From Candidatus Raymondbacteria bacterium RIFOXYA2_FULL_49_16 (GTDB lineage: Bacteria; Fibrobacterota; OXYB2-FULL-49-7; XYB2-FULL-49-35): a stretch of 64,000 nucleotides of DNA. The DNA lies in assembly GCA_001789205.1 (NCBI GenBank), contig MFYT01000019.1:1811-65810 (forward strand), written 5' to 3'. A model generated the notes under the pieces. It was not told where the DNA came from and searched no databases. It saw only the letters and a list, made by a program, of their open reading frames with translations. A program made the translations under genes and the position numbers. This document shows positions 10,901 to 19,913 of this stretch, piece by piece (the stretch's first letter is position 1; every line of letters starts with the position of its first letter).

Positions 10901-13340
10901 GGGTATTATTGTGACAGACACGGTTTACTGTATGGTCGATATTTCATTTATCGATTCTTTTATTATGGTGTTCCCCGACTACCCGATAATCGCGGGCGAC
11001 ACCTTTTCTTTCACTATCATTGCCATAGACCAGAACGGGGACACGGTGAGGAACCCGGTGCGTCTGCCCAATGGCTATACGCTCTCCCTCAATACCCTGC
11101 TATTGCTCATGGGCGCTTCTGATACGCTGCTTTTAAACGACACCACAGCGGGCATCACAGACCCGTTCCTGAACGGTATTTCCATCAACAACGGTGTGTT
11201 GTATTTTGCCGGAGACAACCTGCTTGTCATCAGCTTCACCTATCCGACCAAGACCGGGACAGCCACTTATACCGATACTATCCGCATTTCGGTGCGGGCC
11301 GGTCCGCCCGACTCTATTGCTGTTATTCGTGAAAAGGACAGCACTCTTGCTGTGAGCGATACGCTCAGTTCGGTGCATACGGAAACATCCGATTCTGTGC
11401 TGTTTTATCAGATTGTGCTCTACGACCGTTTTGGCAATGCCATTCCCGCTTCCAGCGGTTTTTACGACAGCCTTGTGGTCACCGTGTCCGGCACGCTCGA
11501 TACAGCGGGTATTATTCGCGACGGCAATCGGATTGGTTATTCCGCGGCAAACGCTCTTGATGGCGCAAGCGGGACCATTACCGTGCGCTACACCGGGCCT
11601 TCGGCTGATATTGCCTACGCGTTCGATTTGCTGATTGTTCCTGTTGCACAGGTGCTTTTAATTGAGACGCACGAGTGGGTTCCTGACACAGTATCGGGCA
11701 TTGCTTTTATCCGCACGGTGCTCGATTCGGTTCTGGGCATTGATCCTGATTCCCTGTGGATTGCTTTACAGGCCAGAGGGTCTTCGCAGAACCAGGTATA
11801 TCTTGCTGCTTTGCAGGCCAATGGATACATGCCCTTCAGAGACGGGTATCTCGACTATTTGGATATTACCCTGAGCATGCCTTTTGCGTTTAAGAATACA
11901 TATATCAGCGCAATCAGATTCGACGCGCAAACCTATGATGGTCCTGACAGCGTAGTATGGCGGGTCTCTGATTTGGGCCGCACCATTCGCCTTCTTCCGC
12001 GCGGACCGGGCAATACACTCTGGCGGCTGTGGCTTATTACCAACGCGGGCCAAAGCGTGCATGCTCCTTTTGAGACAGGCTTGCTGCCTTCGGTCTCATT
12101 CGACAACAATGCCATACGGCAGGCGAACAGTCATACTAATTTTCCAGTACTCATCGGCACTGATGGTGATATCTATTCCACGGACATGGCGATTACCGTT
12201 GATTCAACACCGCCGGTCATTGCTGGGTTCAGATTCCAGAACAACGCCTGCAAGATCGGGGAGCCTGAGAACAGGATTTTCATATCTTTCAGCGAACCTG
12301 TTGCCACTGGTGCTATCTCGATTTTTTCCTCTATTACCGCGTTTACCATCGATTACCGGACGCGGACTGACAGCGGGTTCATGAGCACCGCGATTTTAGA
12401 GGCCAGCCCTTCGGGCAGGGTATACGACACGCTTGAAGCGTGGAGCTATGATGGCGACGCTGCATACACCATGACGTATGAAGCGGTTGTTAACAAGGAC
12501 TCAAACGCGGTCTTTATTCCGGGCATGACCAAGATCCGTTTTTCGGTCAAACCGGTCAATACCCAGTTTGCCGATGCCACGGGAAACCGCGGGTGTGTGT
12601 CCGCGAACCGGAAAGCGGTCCTTGTTTCTGACGGGCAGACAGACGCATATGTCTGTTCGCTTATCGGTACAACGATTATCTCGCGGTACGATGCCATGAC
12701 CTTTGCGTGGGGCGGCAGTACCGAGGGAGGCACGCCACAGGCTGTTCCGCTTTTCCATTTCTTCGGGTTTACGGTCAACATGCTGCAGATTGTTGCGGAC
12801 AACCCGCGTACCTTTGTAATCATTGATGACGCGGTAATCAGCGGTAGGCACTTTGTGGTGTGCGATTTTGACACTACCACACCGCTTATCGAGACCATGG
12901 TCAAGATCTACGATGTGTACGGTAACCTTGTGGCCTCGCCTGCCACAAACGCCGCCCTGAGCGCCTCGTTCACCGTGGGTTCTCTGCGCGAGTTTATGGG
13001 CTTTGGCGCCATTGAGAACGATCTGGCTACCCTTACCATAAGCGATATCGAGAAGTCCTATTCGATAACCGAGGCTGTTTCGCCTTCAGATCCTGACACT
13101 TTACGGCCCATATATCCCACAACCCTTTCGCTGGGCTACGATTATCTTTCAGGGCGCTGCGGTCCAAGCACAGGGCGTGATTTGTGCATGCCTGCGTGGA
13201 ACTGTTTAAACGCCAAGGGCAGGCTTGTGGCTCCTGGCGGATATGTGGGAGCGCAGGACATCAGGACCGGCCGTATTGTAACCGAGGCAGTCAAAAAGAT
13301 CCTGGTTACCAGCGGCTCTACCCGCAAATCAAGCTACTAA
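7914..13340 (+). CDS. Giant secreted/surface protein: N-terminal VWA domain, Ig-like repeats, FlgD/T9SS-like C-terminal sorting domain
   Basis: Probable start ATG 7914 (MNCRIVFSLL... signal peptide ASA|Q); VWA-like IDVIFLTD, ALLRFA, VIIALT.G, IKVFIVGVG; C-terminal VKIYDVYGNLV...WNCLNAKGRLVAPGGY. Confidence 0.85.
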   Translation: MNCRIVFSLLSVLSAVLLLPLSASAQSSTAQVWVRRTVVPSSINYEGAPANTQATVNLWSWASGDSVAVGKPIDVIFLTDNGPKIQSRLPGDPHNWISPNRIEGAYNASVNFIDSFFTSSERCALLRFASNVDTAFYYTTNYPYAKGQLDSSLTGDATEQGNAMWKGILASAQYAVANLRPNVTPVIIALTTGNDRNSYQQGLPPGALGNTEAEAVDSVLSYLESARVAGIPIKVFIVGVGSGVNDNDGLMTMMADSVGGMYIHTEDGIGIDSVFQDIGQRLVDIVGIRVSPTKPMFVDVLGPGIHYVPGSFLQVGSQGDLTPAFSVDTVNGLTRITLALDTIKLGQLFLVRYNITAAVTILDTTHAVLTRTNNTQLNDSVNYSRIQYMDIFGRVTEKPIPQNFVLVKSGVSAIRLSLSPDTLIPPSLTKVVPLEYTSTAPAVFPDTTLYALLELDMTGEVLYTPATVTWNFTPLSGWTAPLLYNVQDDQQGMGITVPFDNAGLCTLTIELTMQGLIYRDYLIFSAYGEGSVEKIIGVAIDDDTLTRQFIDPPRLLIAGNRAELNAYSQPLFARAITNHGNILPLSASWSASGFSIYQSQLGAAFTGTHQQRTFGISVATTETAQSDSGLITIDSGGLSFSFTLAILDTSHYDVVNTIAIYDNYYAGNTDSIEAHYSGQQSQEVYSPGLGDSLTFWPLLFDASGTPVQYMDVATAVWQRNNNPPVTASYYVVRGGVPMLEERLTVTFVGQSGDTLTDTVTIRWGYGSIRHISLESRPGHIGDTVSAPLTALVIPANADTMRGIYAVVRDEYGYCVYDGSDNNFTAYAAWSVSVPGVLTYIDIPADTTSLGWIHRKGTPGSQTTAYLVASGVNLVGLYNQKDSIALTLLTYSFDSLVIQACASPSPLIDTTGHVYAVGEDIPKSALLFLTAGQDTSVVRARIRRDDTNAWVSWPVSWRLTDMYFVDVSGFPIDSQMTIIPMRNVTRTGIIAYLDFGGGIIVTDTVYCMVDISFIDSFIMVFPDYPIIAGDTFSFTIIAIDQNGDTVRNPVRLPNGYTLSLNTLLLLMGASDTLLLNDTTAGITDPFLNGISINNGVLYFAGDNLLVISFTYPTKTGTATYTDTIRISVRAGPPDSIAVIREKDSTLAVSDTLSSVHTETSDSVLFYQIVLYDRFGNAIPASSGFYDSLVVTVSGTLDTAGIIRDGNRIGYSAANALDGASGTITVRYTGPSADIAYAFDLLIVPVAQVLLIETHEWVPDTVSGIAFIRTVLDSVLGIDPDSLWIALQARGSSQNQVYLAALQANGYMPFRDGYLDYLDITLSMPFAFKNTYISAIRFDAQTYDGPDSVVWRVSDLGRTIRLLPRGPGNTLWRLWLITNAGQSVHAPFETGLLPSVSFDNNAIRQANSHTNFPVLIGTDGDIYSTDMAITVDSTPPVIAGFRFQNNACKIGEPENRIFISFSEPVATGAISIFSSITAFTIDYRTRTDSGFMSTAILEASPSGRVYDTLEAWSYDGDAAYTMTYEAVVNKDSNAVFIPGMTKIRFSVKPVNTQFADATGNRGCVSANRKAVLVSDGQTDAYVCSLIGTTIISRYDAMTFAWGGSTEGGTPQAVPLFHFFGFTVNMLQIVADNPRTFVIIDDAVISGRHFVVCDFDTTTPLIETMVKIYDVYGNLVASPATNAALSASFTVGSLREFMGFGAIENDLATLTISDIEKSYSITEAVSPSDPDTLRPIYPTTLSLGYDYLSGRCGPSTGRDLCMPAWNCLNAKGRLVAPGGYVGAQDIRTGRIVTEAVKKILVTSGSTRKSSY

Positions 13341-13403
13341 AACCTCTATTCTGTTGGCAATACGATCAAGACCAAAGCAATAACCCTGGTCACATAACAG
13401 CGC

Positions 13404-14492
13404 CTACAGCACAGTTTTTGCCCGCAATATCTCGCTGACAATTTCAAGCTTTTGGGGGCATCTGGCCTCGCACTCTCCGCATTCCGTGCATTTGTCAATA
13501 TCGGCTCTGAATATCCAGTTGTTGTTCAGCCAGGAGCGAAGGTCTTTCTTTTCCATGCCGTAGCGCTGAAAATCGCGCATGGATTTCATAAGCTTGTGCG
13601 GCTCAAAGGTGTGCGGGCACTCTTTGCAGTATTCGCAGCTTGTGCAGAATTTGCCTTCGGTGAATTTGATTGCGTCCATCTTTTTTATCAGGTCCTGCCT
13701 GAACGCGTCATCAAGCCTGTCGGCCCTTTCAAGCGCTATCAGGTTCTCGTCCACCTGATAGGACCGTGACATGCCCGTGATGCAGGTGGTGATGTTTTGG
13801 TTGGCCACGAGGAACCTGAGCGCGCCGTACCAGGGATCGCGGCCCGCACTGGTCAGGAAATCAAAAGCCGGGTCCTTGCCCATGCCAAAGATGCCGCCAG
13901 CCAGGGGGTTCATGATGATGACGCCCACGCCTTTTTTCGCCGCATAGGCGATCTGTTCCTCTTCCTCGCGGTTCATGAGATTGTATGATACCGTTGCGCA
14001 GAGAAAGACCCCTGAGTCGATCGCGGCCCGAAAGACATCGGGCTTGCCATGAAAGGTGAAGCCCAGGCCGTGTTTAATCACCCCTTCTTTCATGGCCTTT
14101 TGGACCCCTTCAAGCATGCCGCCTTTCTTCAGTACATCGCGGAGTATTTCGTGGGTTTCGCAATTCCAGACCTGATAGAAGTCGAGATAGTTAAGACCGG
14201 TCTTTTTCAGCGCCTGGTCTATGGAGGCGCGCACTGCGTCGGCCGATGGAGCGCTCATCCAGTTCGCTTTTGACGAGAAATATATTTCATTGCGTCTTTT
14301 TTTAATTGCCCGGCCCAGCCATTCTTCGCTGTGTCCATTGATGTATCCGGACGAGGTATCGACATAATTAAAACCCGCGTCAAGGCCCCGCTGTATGGTG
14401 TTGTGGCAGTCCTCCTCAGTTTCCCAGCGCATGCCGCCAAAGCTGAAGATGGAAAGCCGTATGCCGGTGTTTCCCAGCGGCCGGTATATCAT
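13404..14492 (-). CDS. Aldo/keto reductase with C-terminal 4Fe-4S dicluster domain
   Basis: YRPLG.TG..LS..SFGGMR, NYVDTS.GY, MNPLAGG; CTSCEYCKECP and CTECGECEARCPQ. Confidence 0.92.
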   Translation of the reverse strand: MIYRPLGNTGIRLSIFSFGGMRWETEEDCHNTIQRGLDAGFNYVDTSSGYINGHSEEWLGRAIKKRRNEIYFSSKANWMSAPSADAVRASIDQALKKTGLNYLDFYQVWNCETHEILRDVLKKGGMLEGVQKAMKEGVIKHGLGFTFHGKPDVFRAAIDSGVFLCATVSYNLMNREEEEQIAYAAKKGVGVIIMNPLAGGIFGMGKDPAFDFLTSAGRDPWYGALRFLVANQNITTCITGMSRSYQVDENLIALERADRLDDAFRQDLIKKMDAIKFTEGKFCTSCEYCKECPHTFEPHKLMKSMRDFQRYGMEKKDLRSWLNNNWIFRADIDKCTECGECEARCPQKLEIVSEILRAKTVL

Positions 14493-15691
14493 GATTGTCT
14501 CCTGGACTGGATGTTTCTTTTTACCACAGGGGGAAGTATTTTCAGAAAAGCGAGAAAGCAGGCGCGGTAGAATTTCATCTCGTTAAACTGGTCCGCGGTT
14601 CCGAACGCGGCGTTGACCGAGGCAAAGAGCCGGTCGATCTCGTCATCGCGCAAGGAATAGAAGAGTTTTTGCGCCCTGCGCTGCCATTTGAGGATCCAGC
14701 CGTATTTTTTTGTATAGATCTGTTCGTATACATGGCATTTATGCGTCTTTCCCTCGTTGATCAGTCTCAGCAGGGTTTGCACATAGAGATCAGCGTCCTC
14801 CATGCTGTTCATGATGCCGCCGCCGGAAAAGGGGTTTGCGTGGTGGGCCGCGTCGCCAATGAGCGTCACGTTGCCTTTGACGAATTGTTTCAGACCGCCG
14901 TCGATGGGAATACCGCCCGCGACGGTCCGCACAATACGCGCATCGGGCAGATAATCGCGCATGAACGCATCGAGATACGTTTTGGGAGAAGCAGCCGTTC
15001 CCGCGCCTGCCCGGATGAGCGCGATGCCAACATTCGCCTCGCTGTTTCCTTTGGGGAAGATCCATATGTATCCATGAGGGGCGACTGCGCTGCCTACATG
15101 GAAGCCGATAGTGTCGTCCCTGCCCGAATATTGGTTGACGCGGTATTCGACGCATGAATAGATTTCCGGAAGCTGGCAGATTGTGGGCAAACCAGCCATG
15201 CGTCCTACCGACGATTCCGTGCCATCAGCGCCTATGACAAAATCGCACCCTATGGACCGCACCCGTGTTGCGGTTTTCACTGAAGCGTGGGTCGCCCTGC
15301 CTGTGTTGTCGAACGAGAGGCCGCAGACTTCAGCGTTTGTGATGGCCTGCGCGCCAGCGGCAGCGGCGTTTTCAAAGAGCATGCGGTCAAAGATGCTCCG
15401 ATCGAGCATGATGGGCGAACGGGGCACGCTGCGGCAATAGGCAATGCGGCTCGGGCCCATGACCATGCATTTTTCAATGGTCGCGGTGATGAACGCGGAA
15501 TCGGGTGCAATGAAACGGGCGAGGTCGTCGCGGTATCCGGCAAGCTCCGCGCAGCGGACCGGCAGGCCCACGTGCGTGCGCTTCTCGCAGAGAAGCACGG
15601 ACATGCCTGCCTGGGCGGCCCGCAGGGCGGCGACCGAACCAGCGGGTCCGCCGCCCGCTATCACAATATCGTATTTATCCTTGAGGTTCAA
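14489..15691 (-). CDS. Geranylgeranyl reductase family FAD oxidoreductase (DGGR-like)
   Basis: GGGPAG FAD motif, G.PVRCAE, GADG..S.VGR, P.GYIWIFPKG, GDAA...NPFSGGGI; TTG start overlapping the ferredoxin gene. Confidence 0.88.
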   Translation of the reverse strand: MNLKDKYDIVIAGGGPAGSVAALRAAQAGMSVLLCEKRTHVGLPVRCAELAGYRDDLARFIAPDSAFITATIEKCMVMGPSRIAYCRSVPRSPIMLDRSIFDRMLFENAAAAGAQAITNAEVCGLSFDNTGRATHASVKTATRVRSIGCDFVIGADGTESSVGRMAGLPTICQLPEIYSCVEYRVNQYSGRDDTIGFHVGSAVAPHGYIWIFPKGNSEANVGIALIRAGAGTAASPKTYLDAFMRDYLPDARIVRTVAGGIPIDGGLKQFVKGNVTLIGDAAHHANPFSGGGIMNSMEDADLYVQTLLRLINEGKTHKCHVYEQIYTKKYGWILKWQRRAQKLFYSLRDDEIDRLFASVNAAFGTADQFNEMKFYRACFLAFLKILPPVVKRNIQSRRQS

Positions 15692-15878
15692 GCGTCAGCG
15701 CCTCCGTGGGACAAAAGAGGATGCAGCGGCCGCATCCAGTGCATTGTTCAGGATCAATCAAAAGGGTCAGGTTGTCCATGCGCATGGCGTTTTCAGGGCA
15801 GACGGCAACGCATCCTGCGCATGAACAGCAACGCACTGCAGTGGCACGGGCGCTTTTCCCGGTACGTACGTGAATCAT
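15675..15878 (-). CDS. 2x[4Fe-4S] ferredoxin
   Basis: CCSCAGCVAVCP and CTGCGRCILFCP motifs in 67 aa. Confidence 0.9.
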   Translation of the reverse strand: MIHVRTGKSARATAVRCCSCAGCVAVCPENAMRMDNLTLLIDPEQCTGCGRCILFCPTEALTLEPQG

Positions 15879-15912
15879 AAACGGAAAAGATACTTTTTTT
15901 AAAGAGGCAGTG

Positions 15913-17244
15913 TCAGTATTTCAACTTGCGGTCGAACCCGAAGAAGACCTTGAACTTAAGCATGCTGAAAAAGAGGTCGGTATTTGAAATGGTCTCAACC
16001 TGGCGTACTTCCTTGACCCGGAAGGGTATTGCATAGGCTACCAGAAACCGGAGGATCGAGGAGATCAGGAAGAGCATGAGGAACTTGTTCCCGAAAAGCG
16101 CCGGGACCTTGGTCGAGAAATAGCCGCCAAGGCTGGCGCCGAAAAAGAGAAAGACGCCGTTGAGCACGTTGAAATACGCAATGCACCGTGTGCGTTTTGC
16201 AGGCGAGCAGGCGTCAAAAATAAAATTAGAGGCGCTCAGGCTGAATCCTGACCAGGCAAACCCGCCCAGTATCTGGACGAGAACCAGCAGGACCGGGTTT
16301 TTAATGAACAGCCAGAAAAACGGGGCTGCCGCAATAAGGCCTGAAGTCCACCGGATGACCCTGATGGTGCCTATTTTATCGGCAAGCCGGCCCCATCGGG
16401 TAATCATGAGCAGGGTAATGATTGTGGGCGTTGAGACAATAATGATGTATGTCTGGTAGCTGAAATGCAGATCGTTGAGCATATAGACCGCGAAAAAGGG
16501 GCTGCAGAAACTGACCGCGAATGTCATGCTCGCGACAAAGAGGACAAAACGGGCGAAGTTGCTTACTCGCACGCGTTTGAGGAAATCGACCAGGTTGAAA
16601 TAGTCCTCGTGCGTGGGTTTGCAGGGGGGCTCGTACATTTTTCCCAGGAAATAGCGCGACACTGTCCTGAAAATAGCGGCACAGGAAAAGATGATGGAAA
16701 ATCCCAGGAGCGCCATGTCCTGCTTTTTGGCAAAACTGATGACAAAGCTGGCACCAAACATTGCCGCAATGGTGATAAAACCGAACAGGCGGGCGCGCCA
16801 GCCGAAATACTCGCCCCGTTTTTCCGGCGGCACAAGGTCTGACATGAGACTGCCCCATGCTGGCGCGGCAAATGCGCCGAACGTGCCGAAAAGGGTGACT
16901 AGCAGAATGGTAAGCGGTGTTGAAATCAGTTTTGCCCAGATGAGCAGGGGAATGCACGCAAGGGCAATGACCTGGAGCGTAATAAAGGAGGTTACTACCA
17001 GCCTGCGCGATCCCACCCGTTCCGTAACATCTGCGGAAAAAAGCTGGAGCAGGGCGGCTGCCAGGCTGGGAATGGCCGCGAGAAGCCCCACCTCGCGCGG
17101 TCCTGCGCCCAACACCAGGATAAATGGGGTAAAGTATTCCATGGTAAACCCGGCCATGCACGAGCCGAAAATACCGTCGTATATGGAATAGATGAGGCTT
17201 CGTTCAACTACGTTCTTTGCCTTGCGCAGGCTGAGCTGGAACAT
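15913..17244 (-). CDS. MFS transporter
   Basis: About 12 hydrophobic segments; WGSLMSDLVPPEKRGEYFG and WGRLADKIG MFS motifs. Confidence 0.9.
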   Translation of the reverse strand: MFQLSLRKAKNVVERSLIYSIYDGIFGSCMAGFTMEYFTPFILVLGAGPREVGLLAAIPSLAAALLQLFSADVTERVGSRRLVVTSFITLQVIALACIPLLIWAKLISTPLTILLVTLFGTFGAFAAPAWGSLMSDLVPPEKRGEYFGWRARLFGFITIAAMFGASFVISFAKKQDMALLGFSIIFSCAAIFRTVSRYFLGKMYEPPCKPTHEDYFNLVDFLKRVRVSNFARFVLFVASMTFAVSFCSPFFAVYMLNDLHFSYQTYIIIVSTPTIITLLMITRWGRLADKIGTIRVIRWTSGLIAAAPFFWLFIKNPVLLVLVQILGGFAWSGFSLSASNFIFDACSPAKRTRCIAYFNVLNGVFLFFGASLGGYFSTKVPALFGNKFLMLFLISSILRFLVAYAIPFRVKEVRQVETISNTDLFFSMLKFKVFFGFDRKLKY

Positions 17245-17254
17245 GGGTTCCCAT

Positions 17255-17311
17255 TAAAATAATAAATCCTCCATTCCCATTGCTTCAGGAAACAGCATGG
17301 GAATGGAGGAT
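17255..17311 (-). terminator. Intrinsic terminator after the lipoprotein gene, just upstream of the MFS gene
   Basis: 15-bp perfect inverted repeat ATCCTCCATTCCCAT (17266-17280) / ATGGGAATGGAGGAT (17297-17311), followed on the minus strand by TTATTATTTT. Confidence 0.7.
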
Positions 17312-17340
17312 GTCTCTTGCCAACTACGCGATAGGCCGGG

Positions 17341-17955
17341 CTATTTTTTCTTTTTCGGTTTTTCGGTTTTTGCCGCTTTCGCGGGTTCTGCCATTTCTTT
17401 AATGAGCGACTCAGCCCTGCCAACGGCTGCCACTATCTGTTCCTTCACAGAAGCGATCTCGCCGTTTTCGAATGAGGCCTTCAATGATGCCAGGCCATTT
17501 TCGAGATCATTGACCGCGCTTTCTAATTTTTCAGCAGCGTCCTTCATTTTCTTGTTTTTTGACACTTTGTTCAACGCTGCCTTGGCCTCCGCGATTTTGG
17601 CTTCCTGCTTTTTAATGAGCGCCGCAACCTCGGCCTTCATCGCTTCCTTGTTTGCCGCAGCAGCAGTAAGGGCTGCCTCAGCGGACTGCATGGCGCTGGC
17701 AAGGGATTTTTTCGCCGCTTCGTAGTTTCTTCCCAACACGAATTTCGCCTTCTGTTTTTCGATTTCCGCGAGCGCGGCCTTTATTGCGTCGCTTGCCGCG
17801 GAGAATTCCACGGGAGCGTATTTCCCGGCTTCTCCTGCCTGGGCGGTCTCAACGGCCTTTTTCGCTTTCTCGACATCCTGGTCCGGGGCCTTTGCACATC
17901 CCGACATCAGGGCTGCAGCAACGCCTGCTGCGACAATGGCGTTCGTGAATCTCAT
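17341..17955 (-). CDS. Helical Ala/Lys-rich lipoprotein (DUF4398-like)
   Basis: True start ATG 17955 with RBS GGAGG; lipobox LMSGC; A..A.A.KYAP.EF..A motif; coiled-coil character. Confidence 0.8.
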   Translation of the reverse strand: MRFTNAIVAAGVAAALMSGCAKAPDQDVEKAKKAVETAQAGEAGKYAPVEFSAASDAIKAALAEIEKQKAKFVLGRNYEAAKKSLASAMQSAEAALTAAAANKEAMKAEVAALIKKQEAKIAEAKAALNKVSKNKKMKDAAEKLESAVNDLENGLASLKASFENGEIASVKEQIVAAVGRAESLIKEMAEPAKAAKTEKPKKKK

Positions 17956-18267
17956 ACAGAAACCTCCGGTTAATTGTGGAAATTTTGGAAAATAAAAAGG
18001 AGAACTGTCTTGTGAACAGCGTGCGGAACCAGCACAACAGTGTGCGCCCATACACGTAACTCGCTTCTTGGTGCAATAACGGGCAAGGATCGCTATGTTG
18101 GGCAATAAATTAATATTATTTCTTGCACTGGCGCAAGGCCTCTGCGAACAAGAACCGTGAAACGAGCAAGGTTCTTCAAGATTATCAGGCGCCGAACATG
18201 CGTAAATCTGTACTTTGGGTTGATTTGTTAATTATATTTGATGTGGGTTTAACGACCCAATATACCC

Positions 18268-18615
18268 ATGGATATTACCACTTATTCCGTCGGCGGATAC
18301 GCCGTCATACTTATTAGCGAATCAGTCCGCAAGTACGAGGATGTTGTTTTTATCAAAAAAAAGATCAATGAGATTGTGGACAATGGCCAGATGTTTATCG
18401 CCATCAACCTTTCCAAAGTCGATTATATGCACAGCTTTTTCATCAAGATACTCACGTCCAGCTACAAGAAGCTGGTGAAAAGCGGCGGTGATATTGTGCT
18501 CATCGGGCCCAATGAATTCATCAGGAACCTCATCAATCTTCTCAATATCCATAAATACATCACTGTCTTCGAGAACGACGAAAGCTTCAGGGAATTCGTC
18601 AAGACCCATACCTAG
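18268..18615 (+). CDS. STAS domain protein (anti-anti-sigma-like)
   Basis: IAINLSKVDYMHS, GGDIVLIGPN..IRNLI.LL, typical STAS size. Confidence 0.85.
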   Translation: MDITTYSVGGYAVILISESVRKYEDVVFIKKKINEIVDNGQMFIAINLSKVDYMHSFFIKILTSSYKKLVKSGGDIVLIGPNEFIRNLINLLNIHKYITVFENDESFREFVKTHT

Positions 18616-18636
18616 GCGCCCGGCATATTTTCCATG

Positions 18637-19311
18637 TCAATTCCACGACCCTAGCGCTTTTTCACGCGAGGGGTAGATGGTCACAAAAGGCGATGAAATA
18701 TGTTTTTCGCACGCCTGGAGGGTCGCGGCGTCGGAACAGAAGATGCGTACGCGTCCCTTTGACTGTTCAACGATTTTCTGGAGGCGCTTCACGATAGGTT
18801 CAGTGATTGTGCATGCGGATACAAACCTGCTGATATCTATGAGGGTTTTGAATTCGTCGTTGAGAATGGTGTCGAGTGTGGTGATGTAGGTTTCGCAGTC
18901 TGTGTTTTCAGCTGGAAAGTCGCTGAATTTGAACACGCCCACGTTCTGAAAAAGGTCAAAATCCAGCTTAAGTGAAAGGGTCTCTTTTTTTTGACGCTCG
19001 GGCTGCTTATACGGTATCGAGGGCGCGTGCACTGTGAAGAAATTGACCAGACTGGTAGTTTCAAGCACCTTCAGATTGTCTTCGGACACATTATCGAGAA
19101 TTATGGCCCTGCCGTTTTCTTCGGCCATGTTGTGCAACTTAATGAGCGCGCCAATGGTCATACTATTCAGGAGAATAAGGTCCGCAAGATCTATCCGCAT
19201 GTTGCCGCTTTTCGATGAAGTCAGAAACTGAACGCCCATTTCGATTAATTCATTAGAATTGTAAAAGGTTATTTCCGCGGGCAGTTTGTAACTGAATTCG
19301 TTATCTGGCAT
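18637..19311 (-). CDS. Tandem STAS domain protein
   Basis: IDLADLILLNSMTIGALI...ETTSL (STAS1) plus a second degenerate STAS (LIDISRF...GRVRIFC...IYPSREKAL). Confidence 0.75.
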   Translation of the reverse strand: MPDNEFSYKLPAEITFYNSNELIEMGVQFLTSSKSGNMRIDLADLILLNSMTIGALIKLHNMAEENGRAIILDNVSEDNLKVLETTSLVNFFTVHAPSIPYKQPERQKKETLSLKLDFDLFQNVGVFKFSDFPAENTDCETYITTLDTILNDEFKTLIDISRFVSACTITEPIVKRLQKIVEQSKGRVRIFCSDAATLQACEKHISSPFVTIYPSREKALGSWN

Positions 19312-19535
19312 GGAGTTATCCTTTATTAAACAGATTATTAATTTAGTTAATACCCGTGTTTTATGTCAAAATATTTGCAGATGTGACAGGTTTTGTCATA
19401 TCTGGGTGTTATATTTTTAGTGCGATCTTCGAAACGATGAGCGCAAGAACAAACAAGTTCTTTGATATTCCAGTCCGGTCCGTCCCATAAGCAAAACAAT
19501 TGTATTACGTATATACCAAACTTAGGAGTTTTATT

Positions 19536-19811
19536 ATGAAGACGAACATCGAACTTACCGCCATTAAAGTGTATCCTTTCAAACAAGCAAAGGGAAAGAT
19601 CAAAGGGTTTGTGCAGGTTGTGCTGAACAACGCGCTCAAGCTCAACGGTCTTAAAATCGTGGAAGGGGAAAACGGCCTCTTCCTGAGTTATCCGTCTGAA
19701 AAGGGAAAGGATGGCAACTACTACAGCATCTACAATCCCATAACACGGGAGAGCAGAACCGAGATCCAGGACGCTGTCCTGGCGAATTACGAGGCAGCGG
19801 TTTCGGCCTAA
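19536..19811 (+). CDS. spoVG: SpoVG family nucleic-acid-binding protein
   Basis: IKGFVQVVLN..L..GLKIVEGENGLFLSYPS.K.KDG.Y..I..PIT.E.R..IQDAVL..Y; RBS AGGAG, start ATG 19536. Confidence 0.92.
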   Translation: MKTNIELTAIKVYPFKQAKGKIKGFVQVVLNNALKLNGLKIVEGENGLFLSYPSEKGKDGNYYSIYNPITRESRTEIQDAVLANYEAAVSA

Positions 19812-19913
19812 AAGCGCACGCTTTTATCGGAAACCAGTGAAAAGCGGGACGGGCCGGGTTGGAACCAAAGAACCAATGAAAAAACCATATGTAACGACCA
19901 AGGAGACGATATC

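Noticed and set aside
17956-18105. N-terminal extension of the 254-aa ORF
   Set aside because: RBS and lipoprotein signal point to ATG 17955.
17956-18267. Intergenic hairpins and GGCGCAAGGCCTC resembling part of a c-di-GMP-I riboswitch
   Set aside because: No upstream GNRA-capped P2 stem in the right order; needs an Rfam search.
19810-19825. AAAAGCG-CA-CGCTTTT hairpin between the spoVG genes
   Set aside because: GC stem too short to call a terminator.
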